From contig CBDFFH010000021.1 in the NCBI GenBank assembly GCA_965246715.1, positions 1 to 64,000 on the forward strand: DNA of 64,000 nt, in the 5' to 3' direction. Source of the DNA: Chamaesiphon sp. (GTDB taxonomy: Bacteria; Cyanobacteriota; Cyanobacteriia; Cyanobacteriales; Chamaesiphonaceae). Positions 61,773-64,000 of this stretch are shown here, piece after piece. Position 1 is the stretch's first letter. The number at the start of each line of letters is the position of its first letter. A model generated the notes under the pieces. It saw only the letters and a program-made list of their open reading frames with translations. It was not told the origin of the DNA and ran no database searches. A program made the position numbers and the translations under genes.

Positions 61773-63563
61773 CTACCAACCCAAGGCTCTAGCACTTTGA
61801 TAAAAGATAAAACTAGCCAGCCAAGCCAATCCGATCGACCAAGCAACAGATATTAGCGTAAACCTCCAACTTTTTGATTCGCTTTTTAAGACTGCTACCG
61901 TCGAAAGACAGGGTGTATATAGTAATGTAAATAGCATGAAACTATATGCCTGAACCCAATCGATTTGGGTGGCGATCGCGTGACTCAAACCGTCACCTTC
62001 AGCATGATAAATTACGGCCAGTCCACCCAAGACAATTTCCTTGGCGACAAAGCCAAAAATCAAGGCTACTGCCAATTGTGGATTGATACCGATCGGCTGT
62101 AAAAAGGGTTGAGTCGCCGTACCGATGATACCTGATAATGTTTGGGCACTAGCCGAGGGTACGTTGGTAGGGAAATTATTGAGAAACCAAATTGCAATTA
62201 CGCCGAAGATAATAAACCGTCGCGACCAAAAGATAAAATGTTTGACCTCGCGCCACGAGCGCAACCAAATTTGTTTGATGGTTGGAAACCGATAAGGTGG
62301 TAGCTCTAACACGAATGGTTCTTTACTCGCAAATTTTCCCTTAAATAAAGCTGCGGTCAAAATCATCGCTGCAAAGCTGAGTAAGTAAAGACTAAAGATG
62401 ACTACAGGCGCGACTTGGGGCGCAAATAAGGCCGTCGACATGAAAATAAATACATTCAACCGTGCCGAACACAGGGAAAATGGAATTACCATCATCGACA
62501 GTAATCGTAGCCCTGGCGAACGCATTACCCGCGTGCCCATAATAGCGGGGACATTGCAACCAAACCCCATCAGTGACATCACAAACGATCGCCCATCTAA
62601 TCCCAATCGTTCCATAAAGGCATCCATCAAAAATGCCGATCGTGATAAATAGCCACTATCTTCGACAATTGCCATGCAGAAGAAGAAGAGAATAATTACT
62701 GGCACAAATGCAGTAACGGTACTAATCCCTTGATACAATCCGTCGATTAAAAAAGCCTTGAGAAATGGGTATACATTTGCCAGCACCGGCTCCAGGGCTG
62801 CTGTTTTAAACCAATCAAAGATATTACCCAGTAATTTCTGAACTGGTGTACCGATCGCATAGACGACCTGGAACATGGCAAACATGACACCGAAGAAAAT
62901 CGGCAAACCAAAGACTGGGTGGAGTAAAACTCGATCGATTCGCGTAGTCAGGTTATCTTGCGATCGCTCGCGGACTTCGATCGTTTCCTGGAATAATGTC
63001 CCTAATTGGGTTGCCATCTGGCTGTCTGACAAAAATCGATCTTTCAATTCACCCACACGCACTGGCTCTGGATGCTGCTGGAGCGTCTGAGCGATCGTCG
63101 ATACTGCGAGTTCGTAGCCATTGCCATACTTAGCACTGAGCGCCACCACCGGCATCCCTAGCCGTTCTGACAATCCGGCTAGATCCATCGATACCCCAAA
63201 CTTGGGAGCCTCATCAGCCATATTCAGCAATAACACTGCTGGTAAATTGAGGTATTTAATTTGCAGTGCCAAACTCAACTGGCGATCGAGTTGGGTAGAG
63301 TTGAGAATAATTAGTACTAAATTTAGCGGAGTTTCTGCTAAAAACTCGCATACCACTGCCTCATCAGCAGAAAATCCCCGCAAATCATAAATCCCAGGTA
63401 AGTCAACGACCTCCGCTACTTCATTCCCTAGTTTTACTTTGGCAACCATCAGATCGACGGTAATACCCGGCCAGTTACCGATGCTGGCATGGGCACCTGT
63501 AAAGCGATTAAAAAATGTGGACTTACCCGTATTGGGCATTCCTAGTAGTGCGATCCGTTTCAA
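61773..63563 (-). CDS. feoB: Ferrous iron transporter B
   Basis: GMPNTGKST, GNWPGITVD, DLPGIY, NMADE, FGCNVPA, F.LELP.Y and LYTPC. Confidence 0.96.
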   Translation of the reverse strand: MKRIALLGMPNTGKSTFFNRFTGAHASIGNWPGITVDLMVAKVKLGNEVAEVVDLPGIYDLRGFSADEAVVCEFLAETPLNLVLIILNSTQLDRQLSLALQIKYLNLPAVLLLNMADEAPKFGVSMDLAGLSERLGMPVVALSAKYGNGYELAVSTIAQTLQQHPEPVRVGELKDRFLSDSQMATQLGTLFQETIEVRERSQDNLTTRIDRVLLHPVFGLPIFFGVMFAMFQVVYAIGTPVQKLLGNIFDWFKTAALEPVLANVYPFLKAFLIDGLYQGISTVTAFVPVIILFFFCMAIVEDSGYLSRSAFLMDAFMERLGLDGRSFVMSLMGFGCNVPAIMGTRVMRSPGLRLLSMMVIPFSLCSARLNVFIFMSTALFAPQVAPVVIFSLYLLSFAAMILTAALFKGKFASKEPFVLELPPYRFPTIKQIWLRSWREVKHFIFWSRRFIIFGVIAIWFLNNFPTNVPSASAQTLSGIIGTATQPFLQPIGINPQLAVALIFGFVAKEIVLGGLAVIYHAEGDGLSHAIATQIDWVQAYSFMLFTLLYTPCLSTVAVLKSESKSWRFTLISVAWSIGLAWLASFIFYQSARALGW

Positions 63564-63569
63564 AATTTT

Positions 63570-63815
63570 TTAGACTCCTGGAATAACAGCCATGATTCTT
63601 ACAGCCCGCGCTTCCCGACGACGGAGCATGACTTCAGTAGTCCCAATCCGAACGTGTAATGGCCCCGACAACCAGCCCCGTCGGATCATCTCAATTTGCC
63701 GACCATACCGAAAACCCAGTGCGTGTAGGCGCTGGTGCAATCCCGGTTCGTTTTCGAGTGAGGCAATAGTGGCAGTTTCCCCGGTCTCCAAGGAGTCGAG
63801 ATTTTGCGTAGGCAT
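63570..63815 (-). CDS. feoA: Ferrous iron transport protein A
   Basis: RL.ALG...G..I..IRR....GPL.VRI....V.LR..EA; start at ATG 63815. Confidence 0.92.
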   Translation of the reverse strand: MPTQNLDSLETGETATIASLENEPGLHQRLHALGFRYGRQIEMIRRGWLSGPLHVRIGTTEVMLRRREARAVRIMAVIPGV

Positions 63816-63835
63816 ATAAATGGCTGGAGCTTTAA

Positions 63836-63850
63836 TGACTATTATTATCA
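63836..63850. promoter_or_regulatory. Fur box upstream of feoAB
   Basis: TGACTATTATTATCA, two mismatches from the 7-1-7 TGATAATnATTATCA, 20 bp before the feoA start. Confidence 0.65.
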
Positions 63851-64000
63851 ACTCTATTGCAAGTAAATGTCAATTTATTAGGAAAAATGGATAGAGTTTA
63901 GCTATAATATTTATAGATCTTGCCAAACTCCTGCGATTTGCCCGATCGAATATCAATTATTACCCTGTAACAATCCCAATCCCTTTTCCCTCACTAATTT

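Overview
Cyanobacterial chromosomal segment. CGATCG/GCGATCGC (HIP1) sites are very frequent, 7-bp tandem repeats occur, and there are PEP-CTERM and pentapeptide proteins; the style suggests Chamaesiphon or a relative (inference). Most genes are housekeeping or metal/carbon homeostasis: copA/pacS with a copper chaperone, a P1B-4 ATPase upstream of an sbtA-sbtB-beta-carbonic anhydrase cluster, a His-rich ZiaA/ZntA ATPase, feoAB, panE, moaD, rnd, folE, accA, aar (no adjacent ado), lipB, pgsA, aqpZ, a CBS/DHH tRNA nucleotidyltransferase, ffh, rnz, tolC, dus, tRNA-Ser(UGA) and a large ExeM/NucH-RTX nuclease. Mobile DNA includes a 160-bp MITE with a TCA target duplication that splits an ATP-grasp gene, a truncated IS982 transposase, an IS4 fragment enclosed by IS982-type inverted repeats, and nested small palindromic inserts. 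The most unusual feature is an unannotated array of three ~95-bp structured units at 23.0-23.4 kb, each ending in its own terminator-like hairpin, which is a candidate multicopy sRNA or micropeptide array. Four single-base insertions in short homopolymers (three in an AAA ATPase, one in the nuclease) may be sequencing errors. All calls come from reading the sequence by eye; no searches were run.
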